Shown here: in pieces, positions 19,315 to 29,033 of the stretch
How the letters are laid out: each line of letters starts with the position of its first letter
Position numbering within the stretch: position 1 is the first letter of the stretch
Virus record (IMG/VR): IMGVR_UViG_3300046694_000196
Coordinates: 1 to 64,000 of that record
Length of the DNA: 64,000 nucleotides
DNA from: a virus
Direction: 5' to 3' (one strand)
Notes under the pieces: generated by a model
What the model was told of the DNA's origin: nothing
The model's input: the letters and a program-made list of their open reading frames with translations, nothing else
Database searches by the model: none
Position numbers and translations under genes: made by a program

Positions 19315-19824
19315 TTGAAGAAGCGCGCATACGTCAACAACCGAGATTTCTACGACGCCATCGTCGCCCACCGCGAGAAGGTAGAGGCACACAGGGCGTC
19401 GGGCAAGGACACCCCCGTGCCCCAGATACCCGACTACATCGGCATGTGCTTCATGCAGATCGCGCGCAAGCTGGCGTCTCGCCCGAACTTCGCGAACTAC
19501 ACCTACCGCGACGAGATGATCGACGACGGCATCGAGAACTGCATCATCGGTTACTGGACGTTCGACCCCGCGAGGTCTAAGAGCCCGTTCTCTTACTTCA
19601 CCCAGACTATCTGGTTCGCGTTCCTGCGAAGGATCGACAAGGAGAAGAAGCAGTCCTACATCAAGCACATGTCGCTAGTGAACATGTCTATCGAGATGAA
19701 CCTCGCGGGCTCCGCCGAGAGCGTCACGATCGACGACGAGAAGGCCGCCTCTATAGTGGCCAAGTTCGAGAAGAAAGCGAAGCCTGCGAAGGCCGCCAAG
19801 GGAGTGGAGAAGTTCGTTGACTAG
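19315..19824 (+). CDS. gp55: Late sigma factor
   Basis: YVNNRDFY, RPNFANYTYRDEMIDDGIENC, SPFSYFTQ..FLRRIDKEKKQ motifs. Confidence 0.95.
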   Translation: MKKRAYVNNRDFYDAIVAHREKVEAHRASGKDTPVPQIPDYIGMCFMQIARKLASRPNFANYTYRDEMIDDGIENCIIGYWTFDPARSKSPFSYFTQTIWFAFLRRIDKEKKQSYIKHMSLVNMSIEMNLAGSAESVTIDDEKAASIVAKFEKKAKPAKAAKGVEKFVD

Positions 19825-20180
19825 GAAAGACCTGCTGCTGTCGTGCGCCTGGACGGTGGTCCAGACTATAGACTGGGACCTCTACAAGGAGCTCCGATGG
19901 GAGCAGGAGGACGAGGGGCAGACCCCCGACCTCATAGACGCGTTGGTCTACGACCTGGCGGCCCTGCTGGAGAGCGTCGATGAACTCCCGAAAGAATGAG
20001 CTCCCGTCGTTCGACGAGCTAGGGGGAGAGTACCGCCGCAAGTTCTACTCGAGGGCCGACTACCTGATCGAGAGGGGCTACGTGTCGGACGTCGACCGCG
20101 AGGACCTCGCCAAGAAGGTCTACGCCGCGTTCGTGGCAGAGAAGACGCCCGAGACAGTTGACAAGTCCGTCGATTCTTGA
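19817..20180 (+). other. Two small hypothetical ORFs (19817-19999, 19980-20180)
   Basis: Coupled ORFs between gp55 and gp47. Confidence 0.55.
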
Positions 20181-20230
20181 TATAACTGTACATATTTCCT
20201 GACATTTCAAGACACGAGAGGCCATCATTA

Positions 20231-21304
20231 GTGGCTAAGGTAGCTCTTATCTCCGACTTGCACTGGGGTGTCCGCAACGACGTCAAGTCTCTGCTGAACA
20301 ACCAGGAGAAGTTCTTCAACGAAGTGTTCTTCCCGTACGTTGACCACCACGAGATCAGGCACGTCATCAACCTCGGTGACACAGTGGACCGGCGCAAGTA
20401 CATCAACTTCAACACCGCCCGGTCTCTCACGCAGACTCTCATGGAGCCCCTGTACGCGCGCGAGATAGAGTCGCACTTCATCCTGGGAAACCACGACGTG
20501 TCGTTCAAGGACTCGAACGAGCTCAACGCCCTCGAGGAGCTCTACGGCGGTTCCAAGTACCTGGAGCACATGAGGGTCTACCAGGACCCCGCTGAGATCA
20601 ACATCGACGGGCTCGACATACTGCTGCTGCCGTGGATCACCACTTCTAACCGGGACGTCTCGTTCAGGTCTCTCCAGGAGTCGAAGGCCACCGTGCTCAT
20701 GGGACACCTCGAGCTAGCCGGCTTCGAGATGTACCGCGGGGCGATCAACGAGCACGGCATGGACAGGGACCTGTTCAAGAACTTCGACGTGGTGTGCTCG
20801 GGACACTTCCACCACAAGTCCACAGTCGGCTCCATCAACTACCTCGGGTCTACGGGCCAGTACACCTGGTCTGACTACGGTGACGCCCGCGGCTTCCACG
20901 TCCTCGACACATCGACTCGAGAGCTGGAGTTCGTGGCGAACCCGTTCTACATGTTCAACAAGTTCTACTACGACGACTCGAAGAAGACCGCCGAGCAGAT
21001 GATGTCGTTCGACGCCGAGAAGTACAGGGGCACCTACGTCAAGGTAATCGTCAAGTGCAAGAACGACCCGTACCTGCTCGAGAGAGTAGTTGACAAGTTC
21101 GAGAAACATGATATAGTCAACCTTCAAGTCATAGAAGACCGCGGTCAGCTGCTGATCGAAGAGGGCGAGGAAGACCTCCCCGACGAGGCAGAAGACACCC
21201 TCACCATCATCAAGAAGTACGTCTCTTCGATGAACGTCGAAGACCCCAAGAGGCTCGAGAAGTTCATGGCCGAGCTCTACGAAGAGGCCAGTTCCGTCCA
21301 GTGA
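20231..21304 (+). CDS. gp47: Mre11/SbcD-like recombination nuclease
   Basis: SDLHWG, GDTVDRRK, GNHD, GHLE, SGHFHH metallophosphoesterase motifs. Confidence 0.95.
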   Translation: MAKVALISDLHWGVRNDVKSLLNNQEKFFNEVFFPYVDHHEIRHVINLGDTVDRRKYINFNTARSLTQTLMEPLYAREIESHFILGNHDVSFKDSNELNALEELYGGSKYLEHMRVYQDPAEINIDGLDILLLPWITTSNRDVSFRSLQESKATVLMGHLELAGFEMYRGAINEHGMDRDLFKNFDVVCSGHFHHKSTVGSINYLGSTGQYTWSDYGDARGFHVLDTSTRELEFVANPFYMFNKFYYDDSKKTAEQMMSFDAEKYRGTYVKVIVKCKNDPYLLERVVDKFEKHDIVNLQVIEDRGQLLIEEGEEDLPDEAEDTLTIIKKYVSSMNVEDPKRLEKFMAELYEEASSVQ

Positions 21305-23022
21305 TACGCTTCACCGTCATCCGCTACAAGAACCTGCTGTCGTCAGGTAACGCCTTCACGGAGGTCTCCCTCGACAGCCACGCCAGCACCCTGGTGATAG
21401 GCAAGAACGGCTCGGGCAAGAGCACGCTGGCCGACGCCATCTGCTACGCGCTGTTCGCGCGGCCGTTCAGGAACATACGCAAGCCCCAGCTGAAGAACAG
21501 CATCAACAAGAGGGACCTGCTGGTCGAGATCGAGTTCTACGTCGGCTCTACCCCCTACATGGTGCGCCGAGGCCAGGTCCCGAACGTCTTCGAGGTGTGG
21601 CAGAACGGCGTTATGCTCAACCAGGACGCCGCGAACCGTGACTACCAGGAGATGCTCGAGAAGCAGGTCCTGAAGCTGAACTACAAGACGTTCTGTCAGG
21701 TCGCCATCCTTGGCTCGGCGTCGTTCGTGCCTTTCATGCAGCTGGCTACCGGCCAGCGCCGCGAGATCATCGAGGACATCCTGGACCTCCAGGTGTTCAC
21801 CGCGATGAACGGCATACTCAAGGAGAGGGCGTCTAACAACGTCACTTCTGTCAAGGAGCTCTCGTACGAGATGCGACTGATCGAGCAGAGGATCGAGCTG
21901 CAGGAGAAGCACCTCGCAGACATGACCCGCGACGCGGAGTCCACGATAGCAGCGCTGGGGGACAAGGTGGCGTCGGCCCTCGAGGCCATGCGGGACGCCA
22001 ACGCCAAGATAGAAAACAACGCGGCGAAGCGCGCCGCGCTCCTCGCGTCGGTCTCAGACGACCCCAACAAGATACGCGACAGGCTCTACAAACTGACTTC
22101 ACTGTCGACCCAGTTGTCGTCAAAGGTGTCGTCGATCCGCGACGAGATAAGCTTCTACAACGACAACGACGTCTGCCCTACCTGTCGTCAAGACATCTCG
22201 GCCGACTTCAAGACGTCACACGTCTCGTGCAAGGAGGTTAACCTCAACGAGACCATAGACGGCCTCGACCGACTGCACCTGGAAGTAGAGGCCACGAGGG
22301 ACCGGCTGAACGCCATCTCCAGGGTCCACGAGGAGTGCAGTGAGCTTAACGTCGAGAACACCGTCGCGATGTCGACTATCCAGGGGCTCGAGACGCAGAT
22401 CGCGCAGCACCGCCGCGAGATAGAGGAGCTCAACGAGAAGAAGAGCACCCTCCACGGCGATGAGAGCGGCATCAAGAAGCTAGAGCGCGAAAAACGCTCG
22501 CTCGAGAAGAAGAAGTCCAAGCTCCTCTCGGAGAAAGACCTCTACGGCTCGGCCGCGATCATGCTCAAGGACTCCGGCATCAAGTCGAAGATCATCAAGA
22601 AGTACGTGCCCATCATCAACAAGTACATCAACAAGTACCTGACCGCGATGGACTTCTTCGTCTCGTTCGAGCTGGACGAGAACTTCAACGAGACTATCCA
22701 GTCCAGGCACCGTGACGACTTCTCTTACTCCTCGTTCAGCGAGGGCGAGAAGGCCCGCATCAACCTCTGCACGATGTTCGCGTGGAGAGCGGTCGGGAAG
22801 CTCAGGAACAGCGCCTCGACCAACCTGCTCATCTTCGACGAGATCTTCGACGGCTCCCTCGACGGAGACGGCACGGAAGAGTTCATGAAGATACTGTCGG
22901 TGGCAGCCCCCGAGGCCAACGTCATCGTGATAAGCCACAAGACCGACGCGATGATCGACAGGTTCGAGAGAGTCATCCGCTTCGAGAAAGTAAAGAACTT
23001 CAGCGTATGCACACAGGAGTGA
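21301..23022 (+). CDS. gp46: Rad50/SbcC-like ATPase
   Basis: GKNGSGKS, coiled coils with CPTC hook, SEGEK signature, LIFDE Walker B. Confidence 0.96.
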   Translation: MIRFTVIRYKNLLSSGNAFTEVSLDSHASTLVIGKNGSGKSTLADAICYALFARPFRNIRKPQLKNSINKRDLLVEIEFYVGSTPYMVRRGQVPNVFEVWQNGVMLNQDAANRDYQEMLEKQVLKLNYKTFCQVAILGSASFVPFMQLATGQRREIIEDILDLQVFTAMNGILKERASNNVTSVKELSYEMRLIEQRIELQEKHLADMTRDAESTIAALGDKVASALEAMRDANAKIENNAAKRAALLASVSDDPNKIRDRLYKLTSLSTQLSSKVSSIRDEISFYNDNDVCPTCRQDISADFKTSHVSCKEVNLNETIDGLDRLHLEVEATRDRLNAISRVHEECSELNVENTVAMSTIQGLETQIAQHRREIEELNEKKSTLHGDESGIKKLEREKRSLEKKKSKLLSEKDLYGSAAIMLKDSGIKSKIIKKYVPIINKYINKYLTAMDFFVSFELDENFNETIQSRHRDDFSYSSFSEGEKARINLCTMFAWRAVGKLRNSASTNLLIFDEIFDGSLDGDGTEEFMKILSVAAPEANVIVISHKTDAMIDRFERVIRFEKVKNFSVCTQE

Positions 23023-23026
23023 ACGC

Positions 23027-23212
23027 ATGGCACAGAAATACGGAATACTCGTAGAGTGGGAAGACGGCGTCAAGACCTGGGTCATGGCCATGTCAGAGTA
23101 CACCGCGTCTGAGAACAGCAAGCCGGCATCGTACAGCTCGAAGTTCGAGGCCGAGGAGGCCGCGCGCAACATGGGCATGAAGAAATTCAGCGTGGAGGCC
23201 GTCAATGACTGA
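23027..23212 (+). CDS. Hypothetical protein
   Basis: 61-aa ORF with GGAG RBS. Confidence 0.55.
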   Translation: MAQKYGILVEWEDGVKTWVMAMSEYTASENSKPASYSSKFEAEEAARNMGMKKFSVEAVND

Positions 23213-23618
23213 CACGGCGCAGTACTGGCAAGACCGCCTGATGAGTGAAGTCGTCTCCTCGCGGGGAGACTTCGACAAGACCTTCATCCTCCCGAGGGGC
23301 TCGGGCGTGACGTACTTCGTCAGGAAACTCGCGTCTGAGCTTAGCGTGCTCACGGCGGGCACCGACACCACCGTGGTCGTACTGGTGAGGACCAGGTTCG
23401 AGCGAGCCCAGATCACTTCCTACTTGTCAGGAGGCCTCTTCCTGCGGCCGTCGGTCAACGTAATCGTCTTCGCGAAGGAAGACCCAAACGACGCGCGCGG
23501 CAAGATACCGACCGCTCACATTGACTGGCTCATCTCAGACAACGTCCATGACGGCGAAGTCTACGACGAGGTCAACCTGCGCCACATCAACAATTCCCTG
23601 TTCTTCTACAGCGAGTAG
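23205..23618 (+). CDS. Hypothetical protein with degenerate P-loop-like motif
   Basis: LPRGSGVT resembles a Walker A lacking Lys. Confidence 0.55.
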   Translation: MTDTAQYWQDRLMSEVVSSRGDFDKTFILPRGSGVTYFVRKLASELSVLTAGTDTTVVVLVRTRFERAQITSYLSGGLFLRPSVNVIVFAKEDPNDARGKIPTAHIDWLISDNVHDGEVYDEVNLRHINNSLFFYSE

Positions 23619-23625
23619 GAGATAC

Positions 23626-24072
23626 ATGAAACCCGCACGTAACTTTGACTTCTCCCGAGAAGACGGCGTCTCCCTGGCACAAGAGCTCACTCGAGTCATG
23701 CTGTCGTGTAACGCGGCCTCGCTCGGGGCCAACTCACCCGACGAGGAAGACCCCGTCAAGGCCTTTGTCATCAAGGCCAGTCCCGTGATCGCGGCGTTCA
23801 ACCCCCGAGTAGTCGACTACCTCGGAGAAGAGCTGTACCTCGAAGAGTCCTCGGCGTTCTATCCCGGACTCATAGTCAAGGTAAAGCGTCCCGAGGGGGT
23901 CAGGCTGAGGTTCACCCAGCCGAACGGCGAGACCGTCACCAAGGAGTACCACGGCCTCACGGCCCGACTGGTACTCCATGAGATGCACCACCTCCAGGGA
24001 GAACCGTTCTACTCCCACGCGACAAAGTACCACCGAGACCAGGCGCTTCGTCGCCAGAAGAGGAAGAAATGA
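23626..24072 (+). CDS. Peptide deformylase-like protein (motifs degenerate)
   Basis: Fold-typical order ASLGANS..FNP..EESSAFYPG..VKRP..ARLVLHEMHH; ATG 23626 with AGGAG. Confidence 0.8.
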   Translation: MKPARNFDFSREDGVSLAQELTRVMLSCNAASLGANSPDEEDPVKAFVIKASPVIAAFNPRVVDYLGEELYLEESSAFYPGLIVKVKRPEGVRLRFTQPNGETVTKEYHGLTARLVLHEMHHLQGEPFYSHATKYHRDQALRRQKRKK

Positions 24073-24632
24073 GCAAGGACATATTTCGAGACATCCGTGA
24101 GATGCACGACCACTTCGGCGTCCGCAAGGCAGTACTGAAACTCGACGTAGCCAGGCTGCGTGAGTTCCTGCGGTTCCGCGCAGACTGCGTCGCTGAAGAA
24201 GTGAGCGAGCTCGAGGCCGGCCTGAGACGTCCGGAAGAAGTCGTAGACGCGCTGATCGACATCATGGTCTTCGCGGCCGGCACCCTAGACCTCTTCGGAG
24301 TCGACGGACAGAAGGCCTGGGACGAGGTGCTCAAGGCCAACACTTCTAAAGAAGTCGGCGTCAAGGAAGGCCGACCGAACCCCTACGGTCTCCCAGACCT
24401 GGTAAAGCCCGCGGGCTGGGAAGCCCCGTCGCACGCCGACAACCACGGGTACCTGGACCGGTTCACATGTTCCAGCACCCGGGGCGCCTTCGAGAGGTGC
24501 CCGTACGGAGACGCCGGTCCACACATAGTGACGCACACCGAAGACGAGTGCAGTTACACCCGCAAGTATTCCGTCAACTGCAACAAGTGTGGACGCTCTC
24601 AGAACGGCGGCGACTGCCTTTCTCGAACTTAA
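24069..24632 (+). CDS. MazG-like (all-alpha) NTP pyrophosphohydrolase with Cys-rich tail
   Basis: EEVSE..VVDALID..DEVLKANTSK..DLVKPAGW motifs. Confidence 0.8.
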   Translation: MSKDIFRDIREMHDHFGVRKAVLKLDVARLREFLRFRADCVAEEVSELEAGLRRPEEVVDALIDIMVFAAGTLDLFGVDGQKAWDEVLKANTSKEVGVKEGRPNPYGLPDLVKPAGWEAPSHADNHGYLDRFTCSSTRGAFERCPYGDAGPHIVTHTEDECSYTRKYSVNCNKCGRSQNGGDCLSRT

Positions 24633-24866
24633 TCGTTTACATTCTCCCCCTCTCGTGATACTATGAGAATAGGTCACGAGAGGAAAGACTCATGGAAGAC
24701 CGTCACTCATTCGTAATACGCATCGAGACAGACATAGTCCCAGTGGCCCGCTCCGTCAGGGAGTCGGGTCTCTCCTTCGACGACGTCCGGCAGGACCGCC
24801 TCGACCCCGAGGAGTTCACTGTCTTCGTGTCAGGCCCCGCCATCAATTTTCAAAAATTCATTGCAC

Positions 24867-25451
24867 ATGACTCAAAAATTCAAGACCGGAGTCCAAGTCT
24901 CTATAGCCCTGTTTGAGGGCTGGGAGAAGTTCGGATACGACGAGAACTACTACGACCGGATGATCAGGACGATGTCTGACGTCATCTACCAGTCTCCAAA
25001 GCTTCATTCGGGGTACGCCTCTAAGAAGGCCTCGAACATGCTGTCGAAAGACGTCTGCCGCGAGCACTACTACTCGCGCACGGCCTCTGCCAAGAAGATG
25101 GTCGAGCTGATGAAGAAGGGGATACTGGGGCCGCACAAGATCGACCGCTTCGAGAAGTTCATGAGGTCCCGCGCGCGGGTGCACTTCGTGACTTCAGAAG
25201 AGAACACGCACCTCATCAAGTTCCAGTCCGACCCGTCCCTGCGGCACTGGAAGAAACAGTACGAGGCCGCCGGCATAGAACTGGAGCGGTGGGACACCAA
25301 TAAATATCTCTACAGGGTAGACGGGCGAGAGTTCTCCTCCGCTCCCGAGGTCGCCGCCGCGATGAACTGTCACGCGTCGACCGTAACGAAGAGGTGCACC
25401 AGCGACAAGTGGCCTACCTGGGAACGATCCTCGCGAAGTGGCGGGGCCTAG
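24867..25451 (+). CDS. Putative HNH-like nuclease with C-terminal NUMOD1/HTH-like domain
   Basis: CREH...HFVTSEEN and YRVDGREFSSAPEVAAAMNCHASTV. Confidence 0.45.
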   Translation: MTQKFKTGVQVSIALFEGWEKFGYDENYYDRMIRTMSDVIYQSPKLHSGYASKKASNMLSKDVCREHYYSRTASAKKMVELMKKGILGPHKIDRFEKFMRSRARVHFVTSEENTHLIKFQSDPSLRHWKKQYEAAGIELERWDTNKYLYRVDGREFSSAPEVAAAMNCHASTVTKRCTSDKWPTWERSSRSGGA

Positions 25452-25638
25452 ACACGCTGTCTAAGGCCTCGTCTCTCTTCGCTATGCTGTTCATAGCGCT
25501 CTGTGCCCTCATAGGAGCAGGCGCAGTCGTGGTGCTGGCCTACCTCAACTACTTCATCATCCTCATAGTCGTGGCCGCGGTCGGCAGCGTAGTACTGCTG
25601 CTCCACGGCCTCGACGTCCTCATGCAAAAGATACTCTA

Positions 25639-25767
25639 ATGGCTGGTTTTTCACTCAACTTCGGCTTCGGCCTCAACGTCCCACAGAACAGGCCTACTGT
25701 TTCTCTACCACCATCAACCGCAGGTCAGCCCATAGGATTGCTGTTGGCCCTAACGAAGGCTTCGTAA
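25639..25767 (+). CDS. 42-aa protein ending GQPIGLLLALTKAS (below ORF-track cutoff)
   Basis: Manual translation; TAATG overlap upstream, stop 1 nt before next ATG. Confidence 0.55.
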   Translation: MAGFSLNFGFGLNVPQNRPTVSLPPSTAGQPIGLLLALTKAS

Positions 25768-25768
25768 C

Positions 25769-26434
25769 ATGGCAAGTAACATCTCAGTAACACCCGGCGC
25801 AGGCGCGACAGTAGCGGCTGACGACATCGGAGGAGGACTCCTCGCGCAGCGCGTTAAGCTGGCAGTGGGGGCCACGGGCTCAGGCACTGACCTGGCTTTC
25901 GGCCAGACGACGAAGTCCGCTTCTCTTCCGGTCACTCTAGCGAGCGACACCGGTACCCTCGCGATCAACCAGGTGTCTTCTGCCTACGACGTCGCACTGT
26001 CCTTCAGTCGTCCCGCAGACACTACCGCGTACACCGGCAACGACGTAGTAGGAGGCGCCCTGACTTTCGCGTCCGTGGGCCCTTCCGCGGCCAGCGTGAT
26101 GGTGACGGGCGTTCAGCTGGAAGTAGACGTGGCGGCCGTCCCGTCGGGCATGACCACGTTTCGCCTGTACCTCTACGGCGTCACCCCGCCGAGCGCGCTG
26201 GCAGACAACGCAGTCTGGGACCTGCCTTCGGGCGACAGGGCCTCGTTCCTCGGCTTCATCGACGTCGGCACGCCCGTAGACTTGGGGTCCACCCTCTACG
26301 TAGAGGTCAACGGCGTCAACAAGCAGCTGAAGCTGGCTTCCGCTAACCTGTACGCGTACCTCGTCACGGCCGGCGCCTACACTCCCGGCTCCGCTGACGC
26401 CTTCAAGGTCACCGTACACACCACTGCGGTGTAA
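25769..26434 (+). CDS. Putative virion structural/decoration protein
   Basis: 221 aa, A/G/T/S/V-rich beta-type composition like gp18/gp23. Confidence 0.6.
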   Translation: MASNISVTPGAGATVAADDIGGGLLAQRVKLAVGATGSGTDLAFGQTTKSASLPVTLASDTGTLAINQVSSAYDVALSFSRPADTTAYTGNDVVGGALTFASVGPSAASVMVTGVQLEVDVAAVPSGMTTFRLYLYGVTPPSALADNAVWDLPSGDRASFLGFIDVGTPVDLGSTLYVEVNGVNKQLKLASANLYAYLVTAGAYTPGSADAFKVTVHTTAV

Positions 26435-26437
26435 AGA

Positions 26438-28024
26438 ATGGCTCTCAGCAAGAACAAGAGACTGTCCACGGTACAACAGAAGAAGACCTACGCCATGCTG
26501 GCCCACCGCGTCTACGGTGCCGGCTACAATTCTGGCGCCGCGCCCCTCACGGGAGACGGCACCGCTAAGACGTACAGCAACACCTTCGTCAATGACTCCG
26601 GCGCGCCCATAACGGTCTTCTCGCTGGTTTTCCAGGGCTGGACATTGACTTCAGCGGGCACGACTGACACCGGTAACGACTACGTAGTGACCGGGAACGT
26701 GGAGTACCCCGTCGGCGGCACCACTACAGACGTGGGCTCGATTGTAGTCACTTCGGGCGCCGCGGTGGCGGGTCCGCCTACCAGGCCGGCCGTCACTATC
26801 CCAGCAGGCGCCTCGTTCAAAGTGAACCTGTCCAGCACAGTCGGCAACGGCCTCAAGTACATCGTCAACCTCGGCTTCGCGGGCCTGCGTAACCACGCCC
26901 CGGCCGGGACCATGAAGCGTCTGTGCGTCGCGGGCTTCGGTGACAGCATCATGACTAACAACGGAGGCGCCCTGTACAACGCGGCGCTCTCTAGGTGCCC
27001 CGCATACCTCTCTTCCATCATCGGCACGACCGCCGCCGCGTACGGCGCTTCCGGCGCAGCCAACTTCGTCAAGCAGGTCGCGATCTCTCAGCTGCTGGGC
27101 GCCACGCACGTCATGTCGAACTTCGGCACCAATGACTTCGGCGCAAGCACTCCTCTCTCGACCCTGCAGGGATACCTGGCCAGCATGCGAGACGTAGCCA
27201 GGTCTCGCGGCATGAAGTTCGTGCAGACGACCATGACTCCGCGTACCGCCACTACCGGCACCCTGACTGCCACCACGGTGACGTCTTCGGGGACTTCTAT
27301 GACCGTCGCGCTGTCAGACGTGTCAAAGTTCACGGTCAATCAGATGTACACGACTGCCGGCGCGACGCAGACAGAATACAACGGGAACTTCGTGTGCACC
27401 GCGGTCGACTCCGGCGCGGGGACCGTCACCCTGCTCTTTCCTGGCTCGGCTACCACGCCCGCTACTGGCACGATCACCGTGACTGCGTGGAAGTCACACG
27501 CTGCCCAGGTACTCTGGATGCAGCCCACCAATTCTTTCTACGCCTCGGGAGGCGCGAGCCCGCGCGGGCTGTTCAACGCCTGGGTGCGCGGCGGGGCCTT
27601 CGACTCCTACATAGACTGGGCCGACGCGGTCGAGCCGTCTAGAGACAGCGGGCGGTGGCTGGTCGCGGGTGAGTCTTCCCTGCTCAACGTCGCCCAGCTC
27701 ATAACCGTCGCCAGCGTGGTCAACACGTCCCGGTTCACATCAAACTACACTGCCGGGACTTCTACCATACCGAACGGCGCAGTACAGCCGGTCACCGGCG
27801 CCAACGCCGGCGTCTTCAAGGGTGGTAACGGTAACACCAACGGCGACATCACCGTCACCAGTGCCTGGACCAACGCCCAGGTCATAGGCGACCAGTACTG
27901 GGCGTTCCCCGGCACCTCTTACATGTCTGACGACGGGCTCCACCCGCGCGTCGCCGGCGGCGGCAAGGGCGGTCAGCCACACCTCGATAACGCCACGTCC
28001 GCGTGGATAACGGCTAACCTATAG
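26438..28024 (+). CDS. SGNH/GDSL hydrolase-domain protein, probably virion-associated
   Basis: GDSI (block I), NFGTND (block III), DDGLHP (block V); Thr/Gly-rich beta segments. Confidence 0.8.
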   Translation: MALSKNKRLSTVQQKKTYAMLAHRVYGAGYNSGAAPLTGDGTAKTYSNTFVNDSGAPITVFSLVFQGWTLTSAGTTDTGNDYVVTGNVEYPVGGTTTDVGSIVVTSGAAVAGPPTRPAVTIPAGASFKVNLSSTVGNGLKYIVNLGFAGLRNHAPAGTMKRLCVAGFGDSIMTNNGGALYNAALSRCPAYLSSIIGTTAAAYGASGAANFVKQVAISQLLGATHVMSNFGTNDFGASTPLSTLQGYLASMRDVARSRGMKFVQTTMTPRTATTGTLTATTVTSSGTSMTVALSDVSKFTVNQMYTTAGATQTEYNGNFVCTAVDSGAGTVTLLFPGSATTPATGTITVTAWKSHAAQVLWMQPTNSFYASGGASPRGLFNAWVRGGAFDSYIDWADAVEPSRDSGRWLVAGESSLLNVAQLITVASVVNTSRFTSNYTAGTSTIPNGAVQPVTGANAGVFKGGNGNTNGDITVTSAWTNAQVIGDQYWAFPGTSYMSDDGLHPRVAGGGKGGQPHLDNATSAWITANL

Positions 28025-28033
28025 GATTAGAAC

Positions 28034-28678
28034 ATGGCGAAACACTTACTCTTTGACTTTGAGACCCTCGGACAGGACGTGTACACGTGCCCGGTGCTCA
28101 ACGTCGCCCACTTCATAGTCGACTGGGACCGGTTCACGTCAGTGATGGAGCCCTACCACTTCCGGGACCTCGTCAAGGAAGTCTGCACGATCAAGTTCGA
28201 GGTCGAGGACCAGGTCAAGACCTACGGGTACAAGATCGAGCCCTCGACGATCGAGTGGTGGAGCCAGCAGTCACCCGCGGCCCGTTCTATCTTGAAGCCG
28301 ACTACCGCCGACCAGAAACTCACACAGGGCGTCTCTCAGTTCCTCGACTACGTCAGTTCAGTCCGGAAAGTAGACTACTGGTGGAGCAGGTCCAACACCT
28401 TCGACCCGATCATACTCTGGCGCATAGCGCGAGACACGGGGAACCTGGCGCGCTGCCAGGAACTGCTCAAGTACTGGGCAGTCCGAGACACCAGGACGTT
28501 CATCGACGCGAAGTTCAACTTCTCGCTGAGGAACAACGGGTTCTGCCCGTTCACTGACGAGGCTAAGTGGAAAGAAGCGTTCATCCCGCACAACTCAATA
28601 CACGACGTGGCCGCTGAGGTCATGCGCCTGCAGAGCATCGTCCGCGCAGAAGCGGAACTCGACCACATCAACGAGTAG
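28034..28678 (+). CDS. dexA: DexA-like 3'-5' exonuclease (DEDD)
   Basis: LFDFETLG, WSRSNTFDPII, VRDTRT, HNSIHDVAAE motifs. Confidence 0.82.
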   Translation: MAKHLLFDFETLGQDVYTCPVLNVAHFIVDWDRFTSVMEPYHFRDLVKEVCTIKFEVEDQVKTYGYKIEPSTIEWWSQQSPAARSILKPTTADQKLTQGVSQFLDYVSSVRKVDYWWSRSNTFDPIILWRIARDTGNLARCQELLKYWAVRDTRTFIDAKFNFSLRNNGFCPFTDEAKWKEAFIPHNSIHDVAAEVMRLQSIVRAEAELDHINE

Positions 28679-28687
28679 GAGGCACGG

Positions 28688-29014
28688 CTAGCCCGTGATG
28701 ACTGCGACCTTGGTATTGGCCACGCAGCTGAACGACGCCGTAGACCCCGCCGGTATCCATACGCGGGGGTCCTGCGAGGCGTTGGCGGTGTTCGCCCCGA
28801 CCGCGAAGGCCACGAACACGTTGGCCGTCATGGGAGTGATGCTCACGTAGTTAGCAGTCGCCGGGCACGGCGTAGAAGTGTTGCCCTCTGCCACGGTCTG
28901 CGAGACGAACGTGGTGTCTAGCACCGGTCCGCGCTTGTTGAGTCCGAATATTACCTGTGTGGCCACGACGTTCTCCGTTGACAAATCCACGATTTCTTGA
29001 TAGAATACCCTCAA
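28688..29014 (-). CDS. Small late (probably structural) protein; real start possibly the internal GTG (MATQVIF)
   Basis: TATAAATA on minus strand at 29015-29022; beta-type composition. Confidence 0.6.
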   Translation of the reverse strand: MRVFYQEIVDLSTENVVATQVIFGLNKRGPVLDTTFVSQTVAEGNTSTPCPATANYVSITPMTANVFVAFAVGANTANASQDPRVWIPAGSTASFSCVANTKVAVITG

Positions 29015-29033
29015 TATTTATAGAAAGGTCGAC

